Source: Escherichia coli (GTDB taxonomy: Bacteria > Pseudomonadota > Gammaproteobacteria > Enterobacterales > Enterobacteriaceae). Taken from it: a stretch of DNA of 64,000 bases. Position 1 is the first letter of the stretch. Every line of letters begins with the position of its first letter. The notes under the pieces are model-generated. The model was not told where the DNA came from and did no database searches. It saw nothing but the letters and a program-made list of their open reading frames with translations. The stretch lies in assembly GCF_045037415.1 (NCBI RefSeq), contig NZ_CP173438.1. The stretch is one strand, 5' to 3'. Below, piece after piece: positions 11,176 through 23,109 of the stretch. The position numbers were made by a program, and so were the translations under genes.

Positions 11176-11934
11176 ATGAGCCTGATCCTCACGCTCACCG
11201 GCACTGGCGGCGCACAGGGCGTTCCCGCATGGGGCTGTGAGTGCGCGGCCTGCGCCAGAGCGCGGCGCTCACCGCAGTATCGCCGCCAGCCATGCAGCGG
11301 CGTCGTGAAGTTTAACGACGCGATCACCCTGATCGACGCCGGGCTGCACGATCTCGCCGATCGCTGGTCGCCCGGATCGTTCCAGCAGTTTTTGCTGACG
11401 CACTACCATATGGATCACGTGCAGGGGCTGTTTCCGCTGCGCTGGGGCGTGGGCGACACAATCCCGGTCTACGGTCCACCGGATGAGCAGGGCTGCGACG
11501 ATCTGTTTAAACATCCGGGCCTGCTTGATTTCAGCCACACGGTGGAGCCGTTTGTGGTGTTTGATTTGCAGGGGTTGCAGGTCACGCCGCTGCCGCTTAA
11601 CCATTCGAAACTCACTTTCGGCTATTTACTGGAAACGGCGCACAGCCGGGTGGCGTGGCTATCTGACACCGCAGGCCTGCCGGAAAAAACGCTGAAATTT
11701 TTACGCAATAATCAGCCGCAGGTAATGGTGATTGATTGCAGCCACCCGCCGCGCGAGGATGCACCGCGTAATCACTGTGATTTAAATACCGTGCTTGCGC
11801 TGAATCAGGTTATCCGCTCGCCACGGGTGATTCTGACCCATATCAGCCACCAGTTTGATGCGTGGCTGATGGAAAATGCACTGCCGTCGGGGTTTGAGGC
11901 GGGGTTTGATGGGATGGAGATTGAGGTGGAGTGA
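11176..11934 (+). CDS. phnP: PhnP, phosphoribosyl 1,2-cyclic phosphate phosphodiesterase, metallo-beta-lactamase fold (252 aa)
   Basis: HYHMDH metal-binding motif; last gene of the phn operon. Confidence 0.92.
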   Translation: MSLILTLTGTGGAQGVPAWGCECAACARARRSPQYRRQPCSGVVKFNDAITLIDAGLHDLADRWSPGSFQQFLLTHYHMDHVQGLFPLRWGVGDTIPVYGPPDEQGCDDLFKHPGLLDFSHTVEPFVVFDLQGLQVTPLPLNHSKLTFGYLLETAHSRVAWLSDTAGLPEKTLKFLRNNQPQVMVIDCSHPPREDAPRNHCDLNTVLALNQVIRSPRVILTHISHQFDAWLMENALPSGFEAGFDGMEIEVE

Positions 11935-11961
11935 GGGAAAATACCCGCGCCGGCCCCTACC

Positions 11962-12318
11962 TCAACGCCCATACTCATCTTCCATTCTCCGCTCTTCATC
12001 TTCCAGTTGCTGACGCTCCTGATCAAGCTGGCGCTGGCGTTCGTCCAGCTGCCTGCGGCGATCTTCAAACTGGCGGCGGCGGTCATCATATTGTCTGCGC
12101 CGATCGTCGCTCACTTCACGCTGCCAGCCGTCGTCGCGCGAATCTTCATAGTCTCGCCCACGGTCAGGGTTATAAGCGTCGTTAATCGCCTGCTGAATAT
12201 TGCCAATGGTGTCATCGATAATATCGGCCTGGGCCGGAACGGTGAACAGCGTGAACAGCGTGAACAGCGTGAACAGCGTGAACAGCGTGAATAAAAGAAA
12301 TAGCGGAAAGCGTTTCAT
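11962..12318 (-). CDS. yjdP: YjdP-like small secreted charged protein with expanded LFT-repeat signal peptide (118 aa)
   Basis: MKRFPLFLLFTLFTLFTLFTLFTLFTVPAQA signal peptide, then D/R/Q/E-rich low-complexity region; convergent with phnP. Confidence 0.8.
   Translation of the reverse strand: MKRFPLFLLFTLFTLFTLFTLFTLFTVPAQADIIDDTIGNIQQAINDAYNPDRGRDYEDSRDDGWQREVSDDRRRQYDDRRRQFEDRRRQLDERQRQLDQERQQLEDEERRMEDEYGR
12242..12291. repeat. Tandem 9-bp repeat (GTGAACAGC x5 plus partial copy) inside the yjdP signal-peptide coding region
   Basis: Five exact head-to-tail copies read directly from the sequence; each unit encodes LFT on the minus strand. Confidence 0.95.
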
Positions 12319-12386
12319 TAGCCAACCTCAAAAAGAAACTCTATCCACATTAGTCATTACTCATCCATGCAAGTAGTGGATGAATC

Positions 12387-12836
12387 TCAATTTCTCCGCT
12401 GCTCTATTGCCGTAATCGCCTCCACGCGTTGTTGATGACGACCGCCTTCGTACTGTGCGCCCAGCCACGCATCGACAATCATTTTTGCCAGTTCGAGGCC
12501 AACTACTCGTGAACCAAAAGCCAGCACGTTGGTGTCGTTATGCTGCCGCGAAAGTTGCGCGGAATAAGGTTCGCTACAAACGACCGCGCGAATTCCGGCA
12601 AACTTGTTCGCCGCTATCGAAATACCGACGCCAGTGCCACAAATCAAAATCCCGCCATCAGCCTCTCCGCCAGCAACGGCCAGTGCGACTTGACTGGCGT
12701 AATGCGGATAATCAGTACGCTCTGACGACCAGGTTCCTTTATCAATCACTTCAACGCCACGCTCAACTAAATGTGCCACTATTTCATGTTTTAAAATGAA
12801 ACCGACATGATCACAGCCAAATGCAATCTTTTTCAT
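12387..12836 (-). CDS. rpiB: RpiB, ribose-5-phosphate isomerase B / allose-6-phosphate isomerase (149 aa)
   Basis: MKKIAFGCDHVGFILKHEIVAHLVERGVEV... typical RpiB/LacAB fold. Confidence 0.93.
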   Translation of the reverse strand: MKKIAFGCDHVGFILKHEIVAHLVERGVEVIDKGTWSSERTDYPHYASQVALAVAGGEADGGILICGTGVGISIAANKFAGIRAVVCSEPYSAQLSRQHNDTNVLAFGSRVVGLELAKMIVDAWLGAQYEGGRHQQRVEAITAIEQRRN

Positions 12837-13194
12837 TCATCTTCCCCGCTCGCGCAAAACTTCACAATAAAAAAACATTTGTGATTTAAATGAATTAAAA
12901 ACACCCAAAATCGATGAAATCAGCCTTCCCGATCTGTTTTACAGAGTTACATCTGGCAGCGCAATAGCGTTAAAGACACTCACTATCCGGCAACATCTAT
13001 CATCTAATAAACCAGAAAAACAAATAACATCATGTTTTTAAAGTGATTAAATGAAATAAAATTTTAAGCCACTCTCCATTATTCACAATAAAACAAACTT
13101 TATAAATTTTATTTTTTTGTGAAGTTGCCAGCATCTTTTCTGTTCTTGCTGTGGTGATATAGTGGCGTCTTCAATTCAAGGACAAGAGAACGTG

Positions 13195-14085
13195 ATGAGC
13201 CAGTCAGAGTTTGATTCAGCGCTTCCGAACGGTATCGGGTTAGCGCCTTACCTGCGAATGAAGCAGGAAGGAATGACAGAAAACGAAAGCCGCATCGTGG
13301 AGTGGTTACTCAAACCCGGTAACCTGAGTTGTGCACCCGCAATTAAAGATGTCGCAGAAGCTCTGGCGGTATCTGAAGCGATGATCGTTAAGGTATCAAA
13401 GCTGCTGGGGTTTAGCGGCTTTCGTAACTTACGCAGTGCGCTGGAAGATTATTTTTCTCAGTCAGAACAAGTATTGCCGTCCGAGTTGGCTTTTGATGAA
13501 GCGCCGCAGGATGTGGTGAATAAGGTATTTAACATCACTTTACGCACCATTATGGAAGGTCAGTCGATCGTCAACGTTGATGAGATCCACCGTGCCGCCC
13601 GCTTTTTCTATCAGGCCAGACAGCGGGATTTGTACGGTGCCGGAGGATCAAATGCAATCTGTGCTGATGTACAGCACAAGTTTTTACGCATTGGCGTACG
13701 CTGCCAGGCCTATCCGGACGCTCACATCATGATGATGTCTGCTTCGTTGTTACAGGAAGGAGATGTGGTGCTGGTGGTGACCCATTCCGGGCGAACCAGT
13801 GATGTAAAAGCAGCTGTAGAACTGGCAAAAAAGAACGGGGCAAAGATTATTTGTATAACGCATAGCTACCATTCACCGATAGCGAAGCTGGCCGATTATA
13901 TTATTTGCTCACCGGCCCCGGAAACACCGTTATTAGGTCGTAATGCCTCGGCAAGAATATTACAACTAACTTTGCTGGACGCGTTTTTTGTCTCTGTCGC
14001 CCAGCTCAACATTGAACAAGCTAATATTAATATGCAAAAAACCGGCGCAATTGTTGATTTCTTCTCACCAGGCGCGCTGAAATAA
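13195..14085 (+). CDS. rpiR: RpiR/AlsR, HTH plus SIS-domain repressor of rpiB and the als operon (296 aa)
   Basis: ATG at 13195 (track ORF starts at an upstream GTG); divergent from rpiB across a 358-bp AT-rich spacer. Confidence 0.9.
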   Translation: MSQSEFDSALPNGIGLAPYLRMKQEGMTENESRIVEWLLKPGNLSCAPAIKDVAEALAVSEAMIVKVSKLLGFSGFRNLRSALEDYFSQSEQVLPSELAFDEAPQDVVNKVFNITLRTIMEGQSIVNVDEIHRAARFFYQARQRDLYGAGGSNAICADVQHKFLRIGVRCQAYPDAHIMMMSASLLQEGDVVLVVTHSGRTSDVKAAVELAKKNGAKIICITHSYHSPIAKLADYIICSPAPETPLLGRNASARILQLTLLDAFFVSVAQLNIEQANINMQKTGAIVDFFSPGALK

Positions 14086-14143
14086 GAAAAAGGTAATTCC
14101 GCCATCGCGGAGTTACCTATCCCCTTACCGTGAGAACATGATT

Positions 14144-15079
14144 ATGAATAAATATCTGAAATATTTCAGCGGCACACTCGTGGGCTTAATGTTGTCAACC
14201 AGCGCTTTTGCTGCCGCCGAATATGCCGTCGTATTGAAAACACTCTCCAACCCATTTTGGGTAGATATGAAAAAAGGCATTGAAGATGAAGCAAAAACGC
14301 TGGGCGTCAGCGTTGATATTTTTGCCTCTCCTTCAGAAGGCGATTTTCAATCTCAATTGCAGTTATTTGAAGATCTCAGTAATAAAAATTACAAAGGTAT
14401 CGCCTTCGCACCATTATCCTCAGTGAACCTGGTCATGCCTGTCGCCCGCGCATGGAAAAAAGGCATTTATCTGGTCAATCTCGATGAAAAAATCGACATG
14501 GATAATCTGAAAAAAGCAGGCGGTAATGTGGAAGGTTTTGTCACCACCGATAACGTTGCCGTCGGGGCGAAAGGCGCGTCATTCATTATTGACAAGCTGG
14601 GTGCCGAAGGGGGTGAAGTTGCAATTATTGAAGGTAAAGCCGGTAACGCCTCCGGTGAAGCGCGTCGTAATGGTGCCACCGAAACCTTCAAAAAAGCAAG
14701 CCAGATCAAGCTTGTCGCCAGCCAGCCTGCCGACTGGGACCGCATTAAAGCACTGGATGTCGCCACTAACGTGTTGCAACGTAATCCGAATATTAAAGCG
14801 ATCTATTGCGCGAATGACACGATGGCAATGGGTGTTGCTCAGGCTGTCGCAAACGCCGGAAAAACGGGAAAAGTGCTGGTCGTCGGTACAGATGGCATTC
14901 CGGAAGCCCGCAAAATGGTGGAAGCCGGACAAATGACCGCGACGGTTGCCCAGAACCCGGCGGATATCGGCGCTACGGGTCTAAAGCTGATGGTTGACGC
15001 TGAAAAATCCGGCAAGGTTATCCCGCTGGATAAAGCACCGGAATTTAAACTGGTCGATTCAATCCTGGTCACTCAATAA
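14144..15079 (+). CDS. alsB: AlsB, periplasmic D-allose-binding protein (311 aa)
   Basis: ATG at 14144 giving MNKYLKYFSGTLVGLMLSTSAFAAAEYAV signal peptide. Confidence 0.92.
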   Translation: MNKYLKYFSGTLVGLMLSTSAFAAAEYAVVLKTLSNPFWVDMKKGIEDEAKTLGVSVDIFASPSEGDFQSQLQLFEDLSNKNYKGIAFAPLSSVNLVMPVARAWKKGIYLVNLDEKIDMDNLKKAGGNVEGFVTTDNVAVGAKGASFIIDKLGAEGGEVAIIEGKAGNASGEARRNGATETFKKASQIKLVASQPADWDRIKALDVATNVLQRNPNIKAIYCANDTMAMGVAQAVANAGKTGKVLVVGTDGIPEARKMVEAGQMTATVAQNPADIGATGLKLMVDAEKSGKVIPLDKAPEFKLVDSILVTQ

Positions 15080-15087
15080 AACTAAAT

Positions 15088-15173
15088 GATGCCGGATAGT
15101 GATGCTAATGAAGTGTCTTATCCGGCCAACAAAATAACCTGAACGTAGACCTGATAAGTGTAGCCCATCAGGC
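15088..15173. repeat. REP-like palindromic element between alsB and alsA
   Basis: GATGCCGGATAG...TCTTATCCGGCC and GACCTGATAAG...CCCATCAGGC half-sites. Confidence 0.6.
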
Positions 15174-15206
15174 AATAATACGATATTTCGTGCAGAGAGG
15201 TTATTT

Positions 15207-16739
15207 ATGGCCACGCCATATATATCGATGGCGGGGATCGGCAAGTCCTTTGGTCCGGTTCACGCATTAAAGTCGGTTAATTTAACGGTTTATCCTGGTG
15301 AAATACATGCATTACTAGGAGAAAATGGCGCGGGTAAATCCACGCTAATGAAAGTGTTATCCGGAATACATGAGCCAACCAAAGGCACCATTACCATTAA
15401 TAACATTAACTATAACAAACTGGATCATAAATTAGCGGCACAACTCGGTATCGGGATTATTTATCAGGAACTCAGCGTTATTGATGAATTAACCGTACTG
15501 GAAAATTTATATATTGGTCGTCATCTGACGAAAAAAATCTGCGGTGTCAATATTATCGACTGGCGAGAAATGCGTGTCCGCGCCGCAATGATGTTATTAC
15601 GCGTGGGCTTGAAAGTTGATTTAGATGAGAAAGTGGCGAACTTATCTATCAGCCACAAGCAGATGCTGGAAATTGCCAAAACGCTGATGCTCGACGCCAA
15701 AGTCATCATCATGGATGAACCCACCTCCTCACTCACCAATAAAGAGGTGGACTATCTGTTTCTGATCATGAATCAGTTGCGTAAGGAGGGTACGGCTATC
15801 GTCTATATCTCGCATAAATTGGCGGAAATTCGCCGTATTTGCGACCGCTATACGGTGATGAAAGACGGCAGCAGCGTTTGCAGCGGCATGGTGAGCGATG
15901 TGTCAAATGACGATATCGTCCGTCTGATGGTAGGCCGCGAACTGCAAAACCGTTTTAACGCGATGAAGGAGAATGTCAGCAACCTTGCGCACGATACGGT
16001 TTTTGAGGTGCGCAACGTCACCAGCCGTGACAGAAAAAAGGTCCGGGATATCTCATTTAGCGTCTGCCGGGGAGAAATATTAGGCTTTGCCGGACTGGTC
16101 GGTTCCGGACGTACTGAACTGATGAACTGCCTGTTTGGCGTTGATAAACGCGCTGGCGGAGAAATCCGTCTTAATGGCAAAGATATCTCTCCACGTTCTC
16201 CCCTGGATGCCGTGAAAAAAGGGATGGCTTACATCACTGAAAGCCGCCGGGATAACGGCTTTTTCCCCAACTTTTCTATCGCTCAGAACATGGCTATCAG
16301 CCGCAGTCTGAAAGACGGCGGCTATAAAGGCGCGATGGGGTTGTTTCATGAAGTTGACGAGCAACGTACCGCTGAAAATCAACGCGAACTGCTGGCGCTG
16401 AAATGTCATTCGGTAAACCAGAACATCACTGAACTCTCCGGCGGTAACCAGCAGAAAGTCCTGATCTCCAAATGGCTGTGCTGTCGCCCGGAAGTGATCA
16501 TTTTCGATGAACCTACCCGTGGCATCGACGTTGGCGCGAAAGCCGAAATTTACAAAGTGATGCGCCAACTGGCGGACGACGGAAAAGTCATCCTGATGGT
16601 GTCATCTGAACTACCTGAAATTATCACCGTCTGCGACCGCATCGCCGTGTTCTGCGAAGGACGACTGACGCAAATCCTGACGAATCGCGATGACATGAGC
16701 GAAGAGGAGATTATGGCATGGGCTTTACCACAAGAGTAA
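15207..16739 (+). CDS. alsA: AlsA, D-allose ABC transporter ATP-binding protein with duplicated ABC domains (510 aa)
   Basis: Two nucleotide-binding domains (GENGAGKST and a second C-terminal domain). Confidence 0.93.
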   Translation: MATPYISMAGIGKSFGPVHALKSVNLTVYPGEIHALLGENGAGKSTLMKVLSGIHEPTKGTITINNINYNKLDHKLAAQLGIGIIYQELSVIDELTVLENLYIGRHLTKKICGVNIIDWREMRVRAAMMLLRVGLKVDLDEKVANLSISHKQMLEIAKTLMLDAKVIIMDEPTSSLTNKEVDYLFLIMNQLRKEGTAIVYISHKLAEIRRICDRYTVMKDGSSVCSGMVSDVSNDDIVRLMVGRELQNRFNAMKENVSNLAHDTVFEVRNVTSRDRKKVRDISFSVCRGEILGFAGLVGSGRTELMNCLFGVDKRAGGEIRLNGKDISPRSPLDAVKKGMAYITESRRDNGFFPNFSIAQNMAISRSLKDGGYKGAMGLFHEVDEQRTAENQRELLALKCHSVNQNITELSGGNQQKVLISKWLCCRPEVIIFDEPTRGIDVGAKAEIYKVMRQLADDGKVILMVSSELPEIITVCDRIAVFCEGRLTQILTNRDDMSEEEIMAWALPQE

Positions 16740-17698
16740 AAAGCGAAGCGAGCGAGAAGAAACCGTTCAACTTTGCGCTGTTCTGGGATAAATACGGTAC
16801 TTTTTTTATCCTGGCGATCATCGTCGCCATTTTTGGTTCGCTGTCGTCAGAATATTTTCTGACCACCAATAATATTACCCAGATTTTTGTGCAAAGCTCC
16901 GTGACGGTACTGATCGGCATGGGGGAATTCTTCGCTATCCTGGTCGCCGGTATCGACCTTTCGGTTGGCGCGATTCTGGCGCTTTCCGGTATGGTGACCG
17001 CTAAACTGATGTTGGCAGGTATTGATCCGTTTCTCGCGGCGCTAATTGGCGGTGTACTGGTTGGCGGCGCACTGGGGGCGATCAACGGCTGCCTGGTCAA
17101 CTGGACGGGACTACACCCGTTCATTATCACCCTTGGCACCAACGCTATTTTCCGTGGGATCACGCTGGTGATCTCCGATGCCAACTCGGTATACGGCTTC
17201 TCATTTGACTTCGTGAACTTCTTTGCCGCCAGCGTAATTGGGATACCTGTCCCCGTTATCTTCTCGCTAATTGTCGCGCTCATCCTTTGGTTTCTGACAA
17301 CGCGTATGCGGCTCGGGCGCAACATCTACGCACTGGGCGGCAACAAAAACTCGGCGTTCTATTCCGGGATTGACGTGAAATTCCACATCCTGGTGGTGTT
17401 TATCATCTCCGGTGTTTGTGCAGGTCTGGCAGGCGTCGTCTCAACTGCACGACTCGGTGCCGCAGAACCGCTTGCCGGTATGGGTTTTGAAACCTATGCC
17501 ATTGCCAGCGCCATCATTGGCGGCACCAGTTTCTTCGGCGGCAAGGGGCGCATTTTCTCTGTGGTGATTGGCGGGTTGATCATCGGCACCATCAACAACG
17601 GTCTGAATATTTTGCAGGTACAAACCTATTACCAACTGGTGGTGATGGGCGGATTAATTATCGCGGCTGTCGCCCTTGACCGTCTTATCAGTAAGTAA
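16718..17698 (+). CDS. alsC: AlsC, D-allose ABC transporter permease (326 aa)
   Basis: Multi-TM sugar permease; overlaps the alsA stop. Confidence 0.93.
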   Translation: MGFTTRVKSEASEKKPFNFALFWDKYGTFFILAIIVAIFGSLSSEYFLTTNNITQIFVQSSVTVLIGMGEFFAILVAGIDLSVGAILALSGMVTAKLMLAGIDPFLAALIGGVLVGGALGAINGCLVNWTGLHPFIITLGTNAIFRGITLVISDANSVYGFSFDFVNFFAASVIGIPVPVIFSLIVALILWFLTTRMRLGRNIYALGGNKNSAFYSGIDVKFHILVVFIISGVCAGLAGVVSTARLGAAEPLAGMGFETYAIASAIIGGTSFFGGKGRIFSVVIGGLIIGTINNGLNILQVQTYYQLVVMGGLIIAAVALDRLISK

Positions 17699-17708
17699 GG
17701 AATTGAAC

Positions 17709-19317
<1,609 letters not shown>

Positions 19318-19589
19318 GTAAAGCGTTGGCACAGTAGCGCAATGTCCCGCTGTGCCAACGACAGGTACAATATATATAATAATTACATAAAACAGCCCAT
19401 ATTATTCCCAGCAATGATAGTTCTACTGTAATTTTCCCTCTTCAGCACAAATGCCTAATAAAATGGCTCGTTCCGCTCACACTTCCACTTATTAAAGTCG
19501 CAAATTCCCAATTATGATAACGCCAGCTTTAAATGACGTATTTTGCATGGATTACATATTTACGACATAAATGATAAATGGAGATTTAT

Positions 19590-21575
19590 ATGAATAACTC
19601 TCGGTTATTCCGTTTGAGCAGGATTGTTATTGCGTTCACTGCCGCCAGCGGCATGATGATAAATACCGCTTACGCAACAGATGAGGCGAAAGCCGCCACT
19701 CAATATACCCAACAGGTTAATCAGAATTACGCCAAATCATTACCGTTTAGCGATCGCCAGGATTTTGACGATGCTCAGCGTGGATTTATCGCTCCGCTGC
19801 TGGATGAAGGTATTCTGCGTGATGCGAACGGTAAAATTTACTACCGCGCGAATGATTACAAATTTGATATTAATGCCGCTGCGCCGGAAACCGTAAACCC
19901 CAGCCTGTGGCGTCAGTCGCAGATCAACGGCATTTCAGGCCTGTTCAAAGTCACCGATAAAATGTATCAGGTGCGCGGCCAGGATATCTCTAACATTACG
20001 TTCGTTGAGGGCGAGAAAGGCATTATTGTTATTGACCCACTGGTGACGCCACCTGCCGCAAAAGCCGCACTTGACCTTTACTTCCAGCATCGTCCGCAAA
20101 AACCGATTGTTGCCGTTATCTACACTCACAGCCACGCCGACCACTACGGCGGCGTGAAAGGTATTATCTCTGAAGCCGATGTTAAATCCGGCAAAGTTCA
20201 GGTGATTGCTCCAGCTGGCTTTATGGACGAAGCCATCAGCGAAAACGTGCTGGCGGGTAACATCATGAGCCGCCGTGCGCTCTACTCTTACGGTCTGTTA
20301 CTGCCGCACAACGCGCAAGGCAACGTGGGCAACGGCCTCGGCGTGACGCTGGCAACGGGCGACCCGAGCATTATTGCACCGACTAAAACTATCGTCAGAA
20401 CTGGCGAGAAGATGATTATCGACGGCCTGGAGTTTGACTTCCTGATGACCCCAGGTAGCGAAGCGCCAGCGGAAATGCACTTCTATATTCCGGCCCTGAA
20501 AGCCCTGTGTACCGCCGAGAATGCCACGCATACCCTGCACAACTTCTACACCCTGCGCGGCGCGAAAACCCGCGACACCAGCAAGTGGACCGAGTATCTG
20601 AACGAAACATTGGATATGTGGGGTAACGACGCGGAAGTACTGTTTATGCCGCACACCTGGCCGGTCTGGGGCAATAAGCATATCAATGATTATATTGGTA
20701 AATATCGCGATACTATCAAGTACATTCACGACCAGACCCTGCACCTGGCGAACCAGGGCTACACCATGAATGAAATCGGCGACATGATTAAGCTGCCGCC
20801 TGCGCTTGCCAATAACTGGGCCAGCCGCGGCTATTACGGTTCTGTCAGCCACAACGCCCGCGCGGTATATAACTTCTATCTTGGCTATTACGACGGTAAC
20901 CCGGCTAACCTGCATCCGTATGGTCAGGTGGAGATGGGTAAACGTTACGTGCAGGCGCTGGGCGGTTCTGCCCGCGTCATCAACCTGGCGCAAGAAGCGA
21001 ACAAGCAAGGTGATTATCGCTGGTCGGCAGAACTGCTGAAACAGGTGATTGCCGCCAACCCGGGTGACCAGGTCGCGAAGAATCTGCAAGCGAATAACTT
21101 TGAACAGCTGGGCTATCAGGCCGAGTCCGCCACATGGCGCGGTTTCTACCTGACCGGCGCGAAAGAGCTGCGCGAAGGGGTGCATAAGTTCAGCCACGGC
21201 ACCACCGGTTCCCCGGACACCATTCGTGGGATGTCGGTCGAAATGCTGTTCGACTTTATGTCCGTTCGCCTCGATAGCGCGAAAGCCGCGGGTAAAAATA
21301 TCAGCCTGAACTTCAATATGAACAACGGCGATAACCTCAACCTGACGCTGAACGATAGCGTGCTTAACTACCGTAAAACACTGCAACCGCAAGCTGACGC
21401 CTCTTTCTACATCAGCCGTGAAGATCTGCACGCCGTGCTGACCGGACAGGCAAAAATGGCTGATCTGGTGAAAGCGAAGAAAGCCAAAATTATTGGCAAT
21501 GGTGCGAAACTGGAAGAAATTATCGCCTGTCTGGATAATTTCGATTTGTGGGTGAATATCGTAACCCCAAATTAA
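19590..21575 (+). CDS. yjcS: YjcS, alkyl/aryl sulfatase with metallo-beta-lactamase domain (661 aa)
   Basis: ATG at 19590 after GGAG; signal peptide; [10 protein letters not shown] metal-binding motif. Confidence 0.9.
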   Translation: MNNSRLFRLSRIVIAFTAASGMMINTAYATDEAKAATQYTQQVNQNYAKSLPFSDRQDFDDAQRGFIAPLLDEGILRDANGKIYYRANDYKFDINAAAPETVNPSLWRQSQINGISGLFKVTDKMYQVRGQDISNITFVEGEKGIIVIDPLVTPPAAKAALDLYFQHRPQKPIVAVIYTHSHADHYGGVKGIISEADVKSGKVQVIAPAGFMDEAISENVLAGNIMSRRALYSYGLLLPHNAQGNVGNGLGVTLATGDPSIIAPTKTIVRTGEKMIIDGLEFDFLMTPGSEAPAEMHFYIPALKALCTAENATHTLHNFYTLRGAKTRDTSKWTEYLNETLDMWGNDAEVLFMPHTWPVWGNKHINDYIGKYRDTIKYIHDQTLHLANQGYTMNEIGDMIKLPPALANNWASRGYYGSVSHNARAVYNFYLGYYDGNPANLHPYGQVEMGKRYVQALGGSARVINLAQEANKQGDYRWSAELLKQVIAANPGDQVAKNLQANNFEQLGYQAESATWRGFYLTGAKELREGVHKFSHGTTGSPDTIRGMSVEMLFDFMSVRLDSAKAAGKNISLNFNMNNGDNLNLTLNDSVLNYRKTLQPQADASFYISREDLHAVLTGQAKMADLVKAKKAKIIGNGAKLEEIIACLDNFDLWVNIVTPN

Positions 21576-21783
21576 TATCACTCGCTTTTGGGGGCGTAAA
21601 CGCTCCCGAAAGTATTTATATTAAAAATATATACAGAAAATTAATACATAATATATATAAGTTATGAATGCGGTGGCTGAATAAAGCTATTTTTATTCAT
21701 CGAGAAAATAGCCATACTGACGCCTTCAATGGATATTGATATTCACTACAGATATTGTTCGCAGCAGACAGGATGTATTTAAT

Positions 21784-22059
21784 ATGCCAACAGTTCTCTC
21801 TCGCATAGCGATGCAACTCAAAAAAATAGCCTGGATAATTCCCGTCTTCATGGTTTCGGGATGCTCATTATCTCCGGCAATCCCGGTGATCGGCGCTTAT
21901 TATCCCGGCTGGTTTTTCTGCGCCATTGCCAGCCTTATTTTGACGCTCATCACGAGGCGAATTATTCAGCGGACAAATATCAATCTGGCATTTGTCGGAA
22001 TTATTTATACCGCCCTTTTTGCTCTCTACGCCATGCTGTTCTGGCTGGCATTTTTCTAA
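21784..22059 (+). CDS. ytcA: YtcA, small membrane lipoprotein preceding mdtN (91 aa)
   Basis: MPTVLSRIAMQLKKIAWIIPVFMVSGCSLS lipobox-type signal; 18 bp upstream of mdtN. Confidence 0.8.
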   Translation: MPTVLSRIAMQLKKIAWIIPVFMVSGCSLSPAIPVIGAYYPGWFFCAIASLILTLITRRIIQRTNINLAFVGIIYTALFALYAMLFWLAFF

Positions 22060-22077
22060 TCAATTTGAGACGCGCTC

Positions 22078-23109
22078 ATGGAAAGTACGCCGAAAAAAGC
22101 TCCTCGCAGTAAATTCCCTGCTCTGTTAGTGGTTGCGTTGGCGCTGGTTGCCCTTGTTTTCGTTATCTGGCGCGTAGACAGTGCGCCATCAACTAATGAC
22201 GCTTACGCGTCAGCAGATACCATTGATGTGGTGCCGGAAGTCAGCGGTCGCATTGTAGAACTGGCGGTCAGCGACAACCAGGCGGTGAAACAGGGCGATT
22301 TGCTGTTCCGCATTGACCCGCGCCCGTACGAAGCCAATCTGGCGAAAGCTGAAGCCTCCCTCGCGGCGCTGGATAAGCAAATTATGCTCACCCAGCGTAG
22401 CGTTGACGCGCAACAGTTTGGTGCCGACTCGGTTAATGCCACGGTAGAAAAAGCCCGTGCCGCCGCGAAACAAGCCAGCGATACGTTACGCCGTACCGAA
22501 CCGCTACTGCGAGAAGGTTTTGTTTCTGCGGAAGAGGTTGACCGTGCAAGAACCGCCCAGCGTGCGGCAGAAGCGGACCTTAATGCCGTATTGTTGCAGG
22601 CGCAGTCAGCCGCCAGTGCCGTCAGCGGCGTCGATGCGCTGGTCGCCCAACGTGCGGCGGTCGAAGCGGATATTGCCCTGACCAAACTGCATCTGGAAAT
22701 GGCGACCGTTCGCGCGCCGTTTGATGGCCGGGTCATTTCCCTCAAAACCTCCGTCGGGCAATTTGCTTCTGCCATGCGCCCTATTTTCACCCTAATCGAC
22801 ACTCGTCACTGGTACGTGATCGCCAATTTCCGCGAAACTGATCTGAAAAATATTCGCTCAGGTACACCCGCAACGATTCGCCTGATGAGCGACAGCGGCA
22901 AAACCTTCGAGGGTAAAGTGGATTCGATTGGCTACGGCGTGCTACCGGATGACGGCGGCCTGGTGCTGGGCGGCCTGCCGAAAGTGTCGCGTTCTATTAA
23001 CTGGGTCCGCGTTGCCCAGCGTTTTCCGGTCAAAATCATGGTTGATAAACCTGACCCGGAAATGTTCCGCATCGGCGCTTCGGCAGTCGCTAATCTTGAG
23101 CCGCAATAA
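22078..23109 (+). CDS. mdtN: MdtN, HlyD-family membrane fusion protein (343 aa)
   Basis: N-terminal TM anchor, coiled-coil middle, operon with mdtO and mdtP. Confidence 0.92.
   Translation: MESTPKKAPRSKFPALLVVALALVALVFVIWRVDSAPSTNDAYASADTIDVVPEVSGRIVELAVSDNQAVKQGDLLFRIDPRPYEANLAKAEASLAALDKQIMLTQRSVDAQQFGADSVNATVEKARAAAKQASDTLRRTEPLLREGFVSAEEVDRARTAQRAAEADLNAVLLQAQSAASAVSGVDALVAQRAAVEADIALTKLHLEMATVRAPFDGRVISLKTSVGQFASAMRPIFTLIDTRHWYVIANFRETDLKNIRSGTPATIRLMSDSGKTFEGKVDSIGYGVLPDDGGLVLGGLPKVSRSINWVRVAQRFPVKIMVDKPDPEMFRIGASAVANLEPQ

Noticed and set aside
12242-12291. Possible CRISPR array (also considered for the 35216-35660 array)
   Set aside because: Units are 9 bp with no spacers and sit inside a coding region; the 35.2-kb array consists of REP units without unique spacers, and no cas genes are present.
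12007-12294. Plus-strand ORF ending in (EQR)n
   Set aside because: It is the antisense reading of the yjdP 9-bp repeat; the minus-strand frame gives a coherent signal peptide plus mature protein.
20298-21581. 427-aa antisense ORF opposite yjcS
   Set aside because: It lies entirely within and antisense to a gene with clear signal peptide and metallo-beta-lactamase motifs, has no RBS context and is low-complexity R/G/A/V-rich; a shadow ORF.
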